Source: Octopus sinensis (lineage: Eukaryota). From it: 64,000 bases of DNA. A program made the position numbers and the translations under genes. Of the stretch, positions 23,601 to 36,960 are shown in pieces (within the stretch, counting starts at the first letter, position 1; each line of letters starts with the position of its first letter). The stretch is from the NCBI RefSeq assembly GCF_006345805.1, contig NC_043002.1, positions 35,340,001 to 35,404,000 of the forward strand, given 5' to 3'. Below the pieces are notes generated by a model. It searched no databases. It worked only from the letters and a program-made list of their open reading frames with translations, and was not told where the DNA came from.

Positions 23601-26600
23601 ACAGAAATTGTTCTTATCATGTAATAAAGTTTTTATTTTTGTTTATTTTATTTGAATTAGCTGTTGCAGAATTTTGGATCATAATTTAATAGAAATGTAA
23701 TTGGAATTTTTGGCTGTGGTTTTTACTGCTTTTTTTATTTTCTTGCCATGTTTTCTCATGCTATAAAGTTGGTTGTTCTGTAATTTCTACATAAATTTAT
23801 CTTCAATTATTTTACAATGGATCATTATATTGAAAGCTAATTAAGTGTAATTTGAAATAATTTTTAATATCATTAAACTACTTATTAATATGCAAGATAT
23901 ATGAAAGTAATCAATTTGATGCTATTATTTGTTTTAAATTCAAATTTTAGGGAATCATCCAGATGTGCGAAGAGGTGGTGGTGGTGGTCCTGGAATGGGT
24001 CCTCCACCTGGTGGCCATGGCGGTGGCTATGGTGGGCCAGGTCCCATGTATGACGGTGATAATTATGACAACTATTGTGGTGGCGGAGGAGGGGGCAGAG
24101 GTGGTTATGGCATGCAAACTGAGCGTTATGGACCAGGCAGCACTGGAATTCTTGTAAGCTTTCTTTACATGTTAACATTAATTTCACTTTTTTCATTTTC
24201 CCCCCCAACAGCCCACACACAAGTGCGTAGTGAATCACACATTCGCTTCCTGCTTTAAAATATTGAAAAACTGTTCAGGCAAGTTCTTAAGAGTTTAGAG
24301 CTGTTCGTGATAGATTTTATTAATAAGTTCTTATTCTCTGATTCTGTTAAGAATTTCTTGTGGTCCATTTCAGTATTTGTCCATTCAGGATAAGCATATT
24401 GGATGACCGGTATGCTTTTGTGGGTAGCTTTTCGAAAACGAATTCAAACGAGAGTACTCAGAGAGTGTAAACCTCTGCCAAAACAACACCAACATCCTTT
24501 CAATGATTAGCTACAGAAGATTTTTAAGATGGGAGTATCTGAAATAAGCTTACTCTCACAAACGAGGATAAAAATGAGCCCAACCGTGTTTAAAAAAATC
24601 CAGAACCCTTGTCTGGTTCCTGATCAATCCCAATGGTAGTCAAGAAATATGAAGATGACTGTAGAAAATTTAGTAACTATCTAACACAAGCCAGTTAACA
24701 ATTTCACCATTCAAAATAGTTACAGCCTAAAGGGAGATAATTGAGAAGGACTTGAAAGTTAATGTAAGCTCGTAATCATGTAAAGTAGATATAACATAAT
24801 CCAGAATCCTTGTCTGGTACCGGACTGATCCTGAGATTTACTTGGTTTGTGCCAGCCACGAGGCCAAACATCCCTGAAAGTGTCATCCAAATCCATCCTG
24901 CTGTTCTTGAGATATCTTGTCCGTGGACAAACAGCATGACTGAAAACAATACCTTTGCTAAGATGGAGGTAATGAACTCAAAGTTTTTTTTTTTTAATTC
25001 CTAATTGTCACCAAGCCATGATTTACAGTACTTTGTTGGATGTTATAGGTATAGTCAGTCTGCTGGAAAGATTCTTTAGTATTAATTGTGGGCATTTATG
25101 TAACTGTGCTGACTCAGTATGTTCATATTCGGTCTTCATTTTGTAGTTTTCAATGGCAACATGTTTCAAGTTATTCATTGCTTTATTGATTTGGAAGTTG
25201 TTTATGTAGGCACTTATCAAAGATGTCCCATTCTGTCTTTCTTCCCAGACATAATGGAATCTATGTGTATATCACAGGATAGAGGGTTTTCTATTCTGTA
25301 TATAAAAAAGTTTGGCTACTTTTTCTGGCAGGTCATGTAACACATACAGGCTCTGTTGTTGGTCAGTCTCAGTAATGATTTAGCTGTTATTTAGCCTCGA
25401 ATCCACCCTAATACAGCAAACCCATTATCAGACAATCCAGCCTTCAGCAAACCGTCTTTTTAGGGATAATCTAGGACATTACATGCTATGGGCGTGTGAT
25501 GTCGTTAGGGGGTTACTTTGGTTGCTATTTTTAGTGTGTCGATCAACCAGGTAGAGGCTCCTTCATTGGTTTGTTTGTGTGATGAAATTTTTTTTACACG
25601 TGTAATGTATATATCATTGGCAGAATTTAGTTAGTCAAGAGCTGAAAGTTTCATGTATTGGCACTTACCAAACACGAATTTGGCTGTTGTTACTCTGTGA
25701 CTTCTGCCTATTATTAATGTGTGTGCATGTATGGATATATTTATATAGATAGGCACAGTCTCATATATGTTGCTATAAAAGCATCTCTGGTTATTAAAGA
25801 AGGGTTCTGTTGATTCATTTTGTCAATGGACCCAGAAGTTGTTCGCAAATAGTGACAGTAACTTTCTTCAGCTGAATACATCATCGTTTAACGTCCGCTT
25901 TCCATGGACGGTTCAACTGGGGTCTGGGAAGCCTGAAGGCTGCACCAGGCCAGTCAGATCTGGCAGTGTTTCTAAAGCTGGATGCCCTTCCTAACGCCAA
26001 CCACTCTGAGAGTGTAGTGGGTGATTTTATGTACCACCGACACAGGTGCCAGACGAGGCTGGCGAACGGCCACGATCGTATGGTGTTTATGTGCCATTGA
26101 TTGGTTAAAATTACCCAAATACAACTTTGACACGAATTAACTTCTAAGATACAAAAATTGTTTTTAGAGAAAATCTTAGATAAGCTGTGTCAATTCTTGT
26201 TACAGGTTCCTTGTGCATTCTTATTACAGTATGAGGGGGTTTTTTTAGTCTGTGTATGAACAACTCAGAACTTATTTAGTTCTTTTTACTGTTTCCAATT
26301 TAACTAAGTTTATGGGTAAACTGCATTTGGAAAGAGCAATTGTCGTTAATCTGATTCAGTTGCACACCTTAAGTTTACTTATTGATTAATCAGGTTCTGT
26401 GGCTGCAGGTAGATTGAGTTTGAGAAAGTGCTAGCATTTGACATTTTTTGTGTTGAAAGGTTTTAAAAGTTTTGAGTTTGTTCTTTAAAGTATATACTTT
26501 TTACTTCCAGGATCGCTATGGTGCTCCCCCAATGCCACCTTATGAAGATCCTAACTCACGTATGATGGGGCAACACCCAAGTGGTGGTGGAGGTGGTGGT

Positions 26601-29456
26601 CCTCAACAAGGAGCAGTACTTATGGCTTATGGCCTTAATATGGATAAAATTAACTGTGATTCAATTTTCAATTTGTTCTGCCTTTATGGTAATGTTGTAC
26701 GGGTAAGTTATGGTTGTTTTTGTTTTGTTATTCTTTCACTAGAAGAAATTTTTCTTAAACTACAAATTGTTTGCTTGAGATAACTTTTTCTTTTTTCTTT
26801 TATAATTAGATTAAGTTCTTAAAGAGCAAAGAAGGGTCAGCAATGGTCCAGATGGGGGATAATCAAGCAGTGGACAGAGTCATTCAGAATCTCAATAACT
26901 GCTACTTTGTTGGTAAAAAGATACAACTGGGGTTAGTATTTTTCATTCACTTAATACATTCTTTTTGGCTACTGCTTCTATAAAGGTAGCATATTTTGCC
27001 AGCTATGTTTTGTCTAAATTTGGTTTAAGTGTCTTGCTGCATATAATGATTCTTCAGTAAATCAAATTATTTGTCAAATGATTATCTTTGCCACAGTTTT
27101 ATTAGTGGGAAAATAGTTTGTTTTTTTTTCTTCTTCGGAAAAATTGGCAATTATCTTCATGTATATTTTTCTTTCTAATACAGATATTCTAAGCAGGCTT
27201 TTCTGCAAGATGTTCCTAATCCACATACTCTTCCAGATGGATCTCCATCATTCAAAGATTTCATGGGTAGCCGAAACAACCGTTTCACTAACCCAGAAGC
27301 TGCAAGCAAGAATCATATCCTTTTTTAATTAATCTTACATCATTAGATAACTTATATGCATTGTGTTAATATTCGATGTATATAGTAACTCATTTTAAAC
27401 AATTCAAAATTTGGGTGGGGGTGCATTTAACTTTCTATTACTAAAACAGGATGGAAATTTAGAATAAATTCAGTATAACAGAAACAGATAACTATTTGTC
27501 GAATTATGTTTTCTTGTAAATTGTACAAATGTTCACAGCTTTAATTTTTGAGTTTTGCTTGGAATCCTTAACATACATCAAGTATTCAAGGGCCTGCTAA
27601 AGTACTACACTATTTCAATGCTCCACCCAATATAACAGAGGATGAAATCTGTCAGGTTGGTTATAATTATTTGTTTTTAGTCTTTGCTGTAAGAGAATGT
27701 TAAGTTCTTCAATAAATTCCCATTCTATTTTGTACTAACTGTGCATATTTTTTATACCAGGTGTTTACAGATGCTGGAGCAAAGAGTCCTGTAAGGATTA
27801 AACAGTTTCCTTCCCGTAGTAAGTATTTACTTTGTCTTTGTGTTTTCTCTCAGCTCAGCTGTGGTGCCAGGTTTAGGCTTATTGTCTCTCTCTGACCAGG
27901 TGTTTTTTATTATAGCCCCAGGCCAACCTAAGTCTTGTTAGTGGATTTGGTAGATGGAAATTGAAGGCCATTGTGTGCATATCTTTGTGTTTTCTCCCTC
28001 ACTTAATAACCAGTGATGGTTTGTTTGCAGCACCATAACTTAGAGGTTCATATAAAACTGATAGAAAGTGCTAAGCTTTAAAGAATAGTATGTGGGTATT
28101 TTTTTTTTTTTGTTTTTTATATATATATATATATATAAAAAAAATTTATATATATATATATATATATTAAAGACCCTTCAGGTTAGTGTACTAGCATGGC
28201 CATGGTCCAGTGACTGAAACTAGTAAAAGATAGGGTCGGGAAGTTTAAGTGCAGTTTTCTTTACAGTGTTTGGTTTAATTTGCATCAATGTTAGCTGAAT
28301 ATTTTTCTTAATAGTTTTAATTTGTGTTTCAGCGGAAAGAAGTTCTACTGGGCTGGTTGAGTTTGAAACTAAAGCCGATGCTATTGAAGGCCTTGTGGCT
28401 TGTAACCATCAAAGTATTCCCAATCCTAGTAAGTTCAGTTTTCATGAATTTTTTTCAGTTTACACATAAATAGCACCCTTGCTTATTGTGTTTTATATAC
28501 AGTGGTGAAGTAATGAACAGAGTACTATACACCAAGGGCCTCGTTCTATGGTATTTGTGAATTTAGACTGGTTTCATAAAGTAAGACATCAGCATAAGAA
28601 ATTGTTAGATAAGGAGTTATACAATAAAATTTTAATATTGAAGGGTTGTGCAAATTCCTGGTTTTCTTTTAACTTAATATACATTAAACAGAATAAAATA
28701 CTGGAATGTAAATCAAATTTACATGCACAGGATTTCTAGCTTCTGAACATATATGGAATGCCACCTTTTCTTCTGCATAAGGTTTCATTTTTACAGAAAT
28801 CACTCCAAAGGAAAATGTAAAAAGAAATTAATCTAATGGTTTTGTTTCCTTGAGAGGACTGTAGCCAAATCTAACATCTTCCTTAAAGATGACTAAGAAA
28901 AGTATTTTAACTTTTACTCTATTCAGGCGTAAGTCAATGGAAAAGGTGAAAAGTCTCCAGAAGTTTGCAGCTCTCAGATATGTAAAATAGTGTAAATTTG
29001 TTTACATGGTGAAATCATGTGTTATCTCAAATGATATTTGCACTGATATTTTCCTTTTAAACACAACTAGGTTATTATAGTCATTTTTAGGCAGGTTGGC
29101 AACATTCGCTTGTGAAATTTTGAACCAGGTTAATATTTGTAATTAGTATGTGACATTGTTTACTGAGTTGCTTACAAAGGCTCAAGTGTGTAATTCTTAT
29201 AGTAGTACTCTGATATGACTAAGCTAAACATACTTTCCTGACTTTTTTTTTCTTCTCCCTACCCCTGTTAGATTATTTTGTATCTCTAGGAATTCACCAG
29301 CTGTTTGTTTTAACTTACCCACCTTGCTTTTCTTTTTTTCCTTTTATGACACAGGCTCGTTACTTCAGTGCTGTCTTTCTGTTTTTGTTCATTTCAGATG
29401 GCAAGAATCCATTTGTCTTCAAGCTGTGCTTTTCTCAGACCCCTATAATGGGTTAA
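11665..29456 (+). CDS. HNRNPL: Heterogeneous nuclear ribonucleoprotein L orthologue (4 RRMs, Gly/Tyr/Pro-rich RRM2-RRM3 linker), 17 coding exons, 564 aa
   Basis: Exons: 11665-11742, 14570-14691, 14803-14851, 15011-15123, 15323-15398, 15483-15568, 16528-16624, 16930-16993, 20743-20817, 23951-24153, 26511-26702, 26810-26931, 27184-27314, 27582-27655, 27761-27818, 28333-28428, 29398-29456. They total 1695 nt with compatible phases and no internal stop. The translation has hnRNP L hallmarks: SPVVHVRGL, MPKKRQALVEFED, IVIFKKNGVQAMVEF, ALNGADIYSGCCTLKIEYAKP, FNLFCLYGNV, RNNRF, VLHYFNAP, LKLCFS-like terminus (FKLCFS). 14 introns are GT-AG and 2 are U12-type. Confidence 0.96.
15569..16527 (+). other. 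U12-type (minor spliceosome) AT-AC intron 6 of hnRNP L
   Basis: 5' site /ATATCCTT at 15569, branch site TTCCTTAAC at 16510-16518, terminal AC at 16526-16527. Removal gives GTT GA|A TTT = the conserved VEF of RRM2 RNP1. Confidence 0.95.
18679..18751 (+). other. Candidate 73-nt poison cassette exon in hnRNP L intron 8
   Basis: Branch-like TACTGAC at 18647-18653, acceptor TACAG ending 18678, donor AAT|GTGAGC at 18752. Inclusion frameshifts to TAA at 20744-20746. It is preceded by a CA-rich tract. Confidence 0.55.
24440..24978 (-). mobile_element. Dispersed repeat, Helentron/HINE-like
   Basis: Reverse complement of 36530-36960 with an internal duplication. The classification from the TTATTAC..GTTTGTTTGTCC start is tentative. 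Confidence 0.55.
25879..26100 (-). mobile_element. RTE 3' UTR fragment, antisense in hnRNP L intron 10
   Basis: CATCATCGTTTAACGTCCGCTTTCCATG tail and body shared with 48432-48660. Confidence 0.85.
27315..27581 (+). other. U12-type intron 13 of hnRNP L with non-canonical AT-AA termini
   Basis: 5' site /ATATCCTTTT at 27315 and branch TCCTTAAC at 27565-27572. Only the AA at 27580-27581 restores the frame (AAT C|GT ATT CAA = NRIQ, as in vertebrate KNRIQHP). Confidence 0.88.
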
Positions 29457-30568
29457 GCTGGGTCTCTAAATTTAGGAGATTGCAACCATGGTTGATATAA
29501 GCTGTATACTTAACCCATATATGTCTATTTGTCTTTATTGATGATAAAATGTCTAGAATCATATGAATTAAATGGAAGCAAGAGAACTCCTCACTCAGGC
29601 ATTTTACTTCACCTCCTCATGTTCTCCAAAGCTATGTAGCTACCATTATTCATGTCTTAGTTCTTCTCATCATTCACATCATAATTAAAAAAAAAATTTA
29701 AAAAAAAGATTGACTCCAATTTTTATTTCCTCCTTTTTATTGAGAATACTTTAAATTCCTCATTTTTACATGTTTCATTACTGGGAAGTTTGACTTTGGG
29801 CTTGCTTTTGAGGTTGACAATGAACGTGGTAGCCCATTCTAATGTACTTTTCTTTTTCTTTTTTTTTAAGAATGTATCAAATATTGCTCTAGGTCCTGTC
29901 TCTGTTCCTGTCACTCATGAATTTATCATTTTAGTTACAATGTGTGTGTAATTTGTGCATGCACTGCTTCCTATTTATTGATGGCCAGCAAAATTTTACC
30001 ATTCTAATGCTTAGTTTTTAACATCATCTAAACTTAGGTTAACATTCAGTTATGCACTGACTTCATTTAGTTCTTTGCCTGCCAGTATTAAAATAATACC
30101 CTTAGAACTGACTGCTGGGCAATTCTTTGAATAAACAAATTATAATTTTTAAAGAATGCAGCTTTTTTTTTTCCTCTCCCTTTATATAATTAATTGTATC
30201 TTGGAAATACGTAAAAGACAAAAATTTAAGTTTAATTTTCATTTTTTTAAAATAAAATGTATTTATGTAGTGCATTGTTACATGTTATTTTGTTTATCAT
30301 ATTGTTATCCTTCATTGTGCAGATATATGCATACTAATTTCCACTGTAGGTAAATTTTGCATTCGTAAAACTCGTCAGATCACACGTCCATGCTGTTTGA
30401 GTTATTTTTAAAATTCTTAGTATTAACAGCTACTTACTGAGAAGGTTGTGGGTCAAGGTTGGATCCCCAATGAGTGTTATAACCTGTCTGAAATTGCTTA
30501 TTTTCTAAACAAGCAAGTTGGCCTATGAGTTTGGCATTATCTGTATTTACAGGGAGGTTGTTGAGAGG

Positions 30569-30608
<40 letters not shown>

Positions 30609-32469
30609 TGTAACACATGGGGTTGTGTTTATTTTGCTGAGGATTGGTTGTATTAAGAGACAATATAGTTATTAGCAGTAGTATGCTGTTACAATTGAAT
30701 TTATTTTGTTACATATAAGATATAATTGGAAAAAGGGTTTTTCTGAAAATTTAGTTGTGTGCATAGGGACGTTAGAAAAATAGGTTAGGTCCACAGCAAA
30801 GGTTAGTTATATGTAATGTAGTTTACTACACAATGCATTTCATCAGATATTGCGGTTTATTGGATCTGACCAATTTGAGACTGATTTTTTTTTACACAAG
30901 TCCACCATTTTGTGGTGTTCAATACATTTTCATTTGCTAAAACACAGGTGATACTTTTATTGTTTGAGGTGGGTATGATTAAGCTCATTACAATGGAAAA
31001 CAATTCACTCGCCAAGTAGCAGGTTTACCCTTTTGTTGCTGTATTTATTGTGAGATGCTCTGTTTCTTTCAATTACTTTAAATATAACAAAGAATTTAGT
31101 AAAATAACTTAGTTATCATTAAGCTAGTGTTTGGAACATAAATTGTGACTAAGGTATGGAAGATTTTATTTCAGGACTTATGGGAACAAGACATCTGTAC
31201 TTATTGCTTGGTTTCTGTTTATCAGGTGAAACTGAAGTTAGTGTGCAATCTTGACATATCCATTTACAATACAAAGAATGTAGTGTAGGAATTCTAAGAG
31301 CACTAGTAGTTACTTTTGAGAATTTGAATCCTTTGGTATGGACAATAATGTAAGAACTGGGGTCTGATATCTCAAACTATTCTACCAGTTCATTACCTCA
31401 AAACGTTCCATTGTCCTACCTCCAAAGCTTTATTTGAATAGCATGCAAATGACATGACTGCAATGAGTTATAATAGCTTTTATTGAATGGAATACTTAGT
31501 GGTTGTAGAGACAAGCATGCCTGTATCTGAGAATTTGCTTCTTTTTATAATTTTTCTCAATTATAAGTACTCCAAAGTGAAACCTGTCTAGCTGTTCAAG
31601 TAGGGACGTTGATTTTTTTAATTTAATCTTGAGTTGTATAATGAGTATACCAGTGTGAAGAATGAAAGAGTGAGACACGTGATTAGTGTTGGAGTCTACA
31701 TTCCATTTTAGTTCTGTAGTGGGTCATCTACTGACCAAGGACAAAAGTCTCGTCCTGAATAACAGACTTTTATATATATATATATAGAATAGTTTTGTCA
31801 ATGTTTCTCTTGAGATTTAGGCATGTGACTTTAAGGGCTTTAGGATAATTGTAATTTTAAGGTGTTTTTGGATTTACATTGACGAAAGCAGCAGTTGGAC
31901 AGAAAATTGTGGTTGGTATAACCGAAGACACAAAGTTATATGGTTAAACTATGTCTATTTTCATGAATATGGAGAAAGTTGGGTGTACATTGGAGCCATC
32001 TGCAGAGAAACAGCTGATCTGATCCAGTTGGTAGGAGAGGGTAATTGATACTTACGGGGGTTGTTGGTGAACTGTCTAGAGTTTTGGTTGTGATAGCTTC
32101 GTATTAATTTTGTTTAGATCTGTGGGTCCCAACCTTTTTGCTACCAGGGATCCTTTTTTAAATGAATTTTCCCATGAACCCCCAGGATTTTGAATGGTCT
32201 GACAGCTTAACATGTTTGTGGACCACTGATTTTTAGATTTGATGCCATTCACTCTCTCAGCTGGGTTAAAGCACATCTGTTACCAAAGAAAGAAAATCTT
32301 TCATGATTAGTTGACTGACTTAATTTTATCTGGGTTTCTGTTGAGATATATTGGCTTCATGTCAGTTAATTTTGAAAATATTGAATTTAGTGAAATACTT
32401 TAGTTATCAGTAAGCTGGTGTATGATCACCACATAGTACCAGACTAACAGCAGGGCTTGGTGCAGTCCA

Positions 32470-32870
32470 ATGCCACTACACTAGAATGATTGCTGCAGGT
32501 ACAGGCTGAAATAACTCAAACTTTATTGCATATCTCATTCCTTTGCTTGGAGTAATCTACAAATGGAAAACTTGAGGGTCTGGTACCTAATTTCAGCATT
32601 GAGTGTTACACAAATGCCAGAAAGGGCTGCTATTGTACCAAAAGTGCTTCAATAGTCTAGGGTTCAAAGGCTCAAGTCTTCAATACCCTGCTACATAAAT
32701 TAAGAACTGTGCATAAGGTGGAAGTCGATGTCTTCAAAAGGGAATTAGATTTCCTCCTCTCCACAATACAGGATGAACCAATAGCCCAGTGTGAGGTGCA
32801 AATGAGGGTAGCAGAATCCCTTATGGGACAAAGGCACATACAGGAGTGGGGATGTGGAACGCACCTGACT
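32470..32870 (+). pseudogene. Old CR1-like LINE 3' fragment
   Basis: FNTLLHKLRTVHKVEVDVFKRELDFLLSTIQDEP. Confidence 0.65.
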
Positions 32871-33732
32871 GAGAAGATTAAGACCATGTTGGGATGACCC
32901 TATATATATATATATATATACATACATGTATGGACCAAAGGGTCAGAAGCACCATTTGCAGTGAACACTTCGCATCATGAAGAAAGGGAAAATTAGCAAT
33001 CATCCCCTTATGATCAGACAATGAGCATTTTCTGAAATATAAATGATTCTTCATTTAGAAAGTACAAACTATTACTGAACACGGAAAAATGAAACTCCAC
33101 CCCACCAAAAGAAAAAATATGCACATATCCAAATAGAAGTGGATGACACCCACACTTATTCGATCGTTGAAGAGAATAACCCTCAGATGTACACTACAAT
33201 TTCACTAATCCCCCCCCCCCCAATGTACATGTAAACTTAAATACTGTAGTGTAGATACGTATACATATGTATGTATGTATATATAAATATACAGATGTGA
33301 ATGCATGTACAAATATGTGGGTTCATATGAACTAGAAAATGTGTGTATGTGTATGCTAGTGACACACAGAACTAAGCTTTTCTTTTTACAAAATCATTGA
33401 CTAAGTTTCTGAACGAGAAACATGCAGCAACAGTATTTTAAAGTAAAGTCTATTTGCCATGGTAAAGTCTTTAAAACAAGACAGTGCTGCCATCTCTAGC
33501 CAGGCAATTATTCTGTGCTGATGAGGTGAAACAACCCAGAAACCATTGGCACACAGATATCGCTTTGAGCTGAGTGGGGACACTAGCTTTATTGTCGATA
33601 GCCAGCTAGAGATGTTTTCCTGGGGCTAAAAAGTAGTAACATTCATCCTAATCAGAACTGCTGCTTTATGTTGGCAAATGAACTTTACTCTAAAGTACTG
33701 CTGCTGCATGTTTCTGTCTCTCTCACACACAC

Positions 33733-33765
<33 letters not shown>

Positions 33766-33931
33766 GTATGAAATAGCACAACAATGCAGAGTGGACTACA
33801 ATAACGGTTATGATTAATTTAATTATTCATAGTCTAATATGTTTCGGAATAGAAATAAATAATTGAATGGGAAAAGGTAATACTAAATTGAATTTTTCCT
33901 TGTAAGTTTGGAGTTATACTCCCTAATATTG

Positions 33932-34202
33932 TCATCATCATCGTTTAACGTCTGTTTTCCGCGCTAGCACGGGTTGGACGGTTCGACCTGGGTCTGGGAA
34001 GCCAGGGGCTGCTCCAGTCTGATCTGGCAGAATTTCTACAGCTGGATGCCCTTCCTAATGCCAACTACTCCGCGAGTGTAGTGGGTGCTTTTTACGTGCC
34101 ACCTGCACAGGTGCCAGGGGGTGTCCGGCATCGGCCACGATCGGTTGGTGCTTTTTACATGCCAGCCAAGGCAGTGCTGGCATCGGATTATATATGTATG
34201 TG

Positions 34203-34238
<36 letters not shown>

Positions 34239-34440
34239 GTATATATATATAGAGGGAGAATTTATGAAAAAAACAAGATGAAGACAGGTGGTGTAGAAAA
34301 CAAACAGATGTATTGATATAATGCTTAGGAATTGAAAAAATCTTGATGCCAGGCCCGCTTAATTGGTTCCTGTGCTGGTAGCATGTAAAAAGCATCCACT
34401 ACACACTTGGAGTGGTTGGCATTAGGAAGGGCATCCATAT
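33932..34440. mobile_element. RTE 3' UTR fragments in both orientations
   Basis: Same 3' UTR family as 47160-47843. Confidence 0.75.
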
Positions 34441-34444
34441 ATGG

Positions 34445-34940
34445 TAATAAGAACGTAACACCCTGTTTGTAAAGGTAGAAACTCTGGGTTGATGTGAAAT
34501 ATTTTATATAATATATATAAATAAATGGACTTACAGGTGTTCAAATTCTTTTACTTCTGACACATGTTTCGAAGGCTAGGTTGGTATTATTCCAAAGAAA
34601 TAAAATGGTATAAAACAATGTAATCTCATCAGAGAAATAAATAAACCAAATTCATCGATAAGACATTTTAACAGAATGTGATGGATGTCTATAATGATGA
34701 ATGGAACGCTATTAAGTTTTTTTTTTTAAAAACCATTAGATGATATACTGTCAAAGTCACCTCTAGAAAACTAATAAATAAGAAATATAGAGCGATATGT
34801 GAATTAAATAGAAGCTTAAAGGCTTGGAAAAAGATATATCTAGTGGAAGGGAAATGTAAGAAGAAAATCAATGTTTAAATTATATATAATGGTAGATATC
34901 ACTTATATGAGCTAAAAGTGTTTTTGCCAATGCTTACATC
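34445..34940 (-). mobile_element. Second copy of the same repeat, hammerhead relic at 34554-34637
   Basis: Similar to 43740-44290. CUGAUGA, GAAA and GUC are retained but stem II is degenerate. Confidence 0.55.
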
Positions 34941-35169
34941 GATAAGCACACTTCTATAATTGTGTTTACAAATGGATTCTGAGAAAAAAGAATAGAAAAT
35001 AGTTCAGTATTACAGAGTTTGCGTTTGTCATATGGGAATGAAATAGAGAGAATCAACCAATCTAAATTAAATTGTTTATCATGGTCTTTTAGATACCCAA
35101 TTAATTTACTAAGCACTGTACTGTTGCGTTTATTACTATCCCTAAATGTAGAGTAATGATTGGAAATTC

Positions 35170-35480
35170 TTTTAGATAACTTGATGCCAAATTTAGGTAC
35201 TAGCCCTTCCAGTATTTTCCCTGTGTAAATTAGTACATATCTCTCATGTCTGCACTCTAGGGAGTAGAGTCATAGTTCTATCAGCCTCTCCCTGTAGTTC
35301 ACCTGTTGGACTGTAGCAATCTTTTAAGTGATGCTGGATTGCTTCAAGCTCCATTGTTAGCTTGACACTGTGGTGACCACAGCTGAGAGCAGTAGTCTAG
35401 GCGGCTGAGGACAAAGGTCTTCCATAGAGTTAACATGATTCTTACTCTCTTGTCCTGAATGTCCTTAGTATGGACCCCAC
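35170..35480 (-). pseudogene. Old CR1-like LINE fragment
   Basis: Decayed LWSP...LEAIQ...Y..R motif order on the minus strand. Confidence 0.55.
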
Positions 35481-35508
35481 CAGTTGTCTGCACTTATCTC
35501 TCTCTCCC

Positions 35509-35576
<68 letters not shown>

Positions 35577-35589
35577 TATACATATATAT

Positions 35590-36060
35590 ATGAGGAGACC
35601 TTTTGAGTCAAGTACATTCAAATCAAATCACAATCAAATAGAAATTGTAGTTGTGGTCCCTGTGTTGGCACGTAAAAAGCACCATCCGATCATGGTCGAC
35701 GCCAGCTTCCTCTGGCCTCTGTGCTGATGGCACGTAAAAAAAAAGCACCCACTACATTCTTGGAGTGGTTGGCAATAGGAAGGGTATCCAGCTGTAGAAA
35801 CACTGCCAGATCAGATTGGAGCCTGATGCAGCCTTCTGATCTGGCAGAGTTTCTACAGCTGGATACCCTTTCTAACGCCAACCACTCTGAGAGTGTAGTG
35901 GGTGTTTTTACGTGCCACTGGCACCAGGGCCAGTCAGGCGGTACTGGCAATGGCCACTCAAATGGTGCTCTTTATGTGCCACCTGCACAGGAGCCAGTCC
36001 AGACGCACTGGCAACGACCTCGCTCAAATGTTTTTTTATGTGCCAGTAAGGCAGTAAAAA
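35590..36060. mobile_element. Head-to-head RTE 3' UTR fragments forming an inverted repeat
   Basis: 35725-35820 is inverted relative to 35835-35930. Confidence 0.75.
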
Positions 36061-36529
36061 CTTACGGTCAGGTCTCATTAAGGTCTCGCAAAAAAAAAAT
36101 CGGCATTTAAAAATTTTTTTAATTGAAGATTTTGTAAACCCCCAAAACACGTTTTCAAAATTTTAATTTTTCCCCTCTCCAGCCCTCTGGCAAAGATAAA
36201 AGTGGGGTGGAGAGGGGGAAAGTCATGGGAGCTGTGCTGTTTTCTGACTTTGTAGGTATGCTCACATGTGCAGATTCGGAATCTCTGCAATCGAAAAGGT
36301 GGGTTTCTGCAGAAAAACCATTCCCCCAAAAGCAGGTGTGGTCCATGTCTTTTACCTCTGCCTTAAAACCTCCAAGCTTCCTGAAATATACCTACACTAC
36401 ACCTGATATCCTTCCCTCCATATGCATGCATACATGTACATCATGACTCATACACTGTTCACTTTGCTGGCTTTTGTACATAATTCTATATACTGTAGGT
36501 GCACCTGAGCACTATTTACAATAATTTCA

Positions 36530-36960
36530 TTATTACTTCTGCTTTCACTAAGGCTGAGGTATTGTTTTCAGTCGTGTTTGTTTGTTTGTCCGTGGACAAG
36601 ATATCACAAGAACTGCTGGATGGATTTGGATGAAAGTTTCAGAGATGTTTGGCCTTGGGGCTGGTACAAAATGTTTTGATTTTGGGATTGATCCAGTACC
36701 GAACAAGGATTCTGTATAATTTTTCCTGTTTTTTACTTAATTTTTGTGAGAGCAGTCGAGTTTATTTCAGAAATTCTCATTTTAAAAATCATCTTTAGCT
36801 AATTGTTGAGAGGATGTTGCTGTCTCAGAGTAACAATTTGTTTCTTTGAGTTTCGTCATTTTTGACCATGGTTGGATTGATGAAGGCTGTCTCTTTGAGA
36901 CTGTCTGTTGTTGAAATTGTTTTATATCACTGTAGAAAATTATTGTTGAAGTGACTCGCA
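36530..36960 (+). mobile_element. Dispersed repeat, Helentron/HINE-like
   Basis: Second copy of 24440-24978. Confidence 0.55.

Noticed and set aside
27575-27576. Canonical AC as the 3' end of intron 13
   Set aside because: It is only 4 nt after the branch motif and gives a frameshift.
30131-30256. AATAAA hexamers as the hnRNP L polyadenylation site
   Set aside because: They are frequent in AT-rich DNA, and the 3' end cannot be fixed without transcript data.
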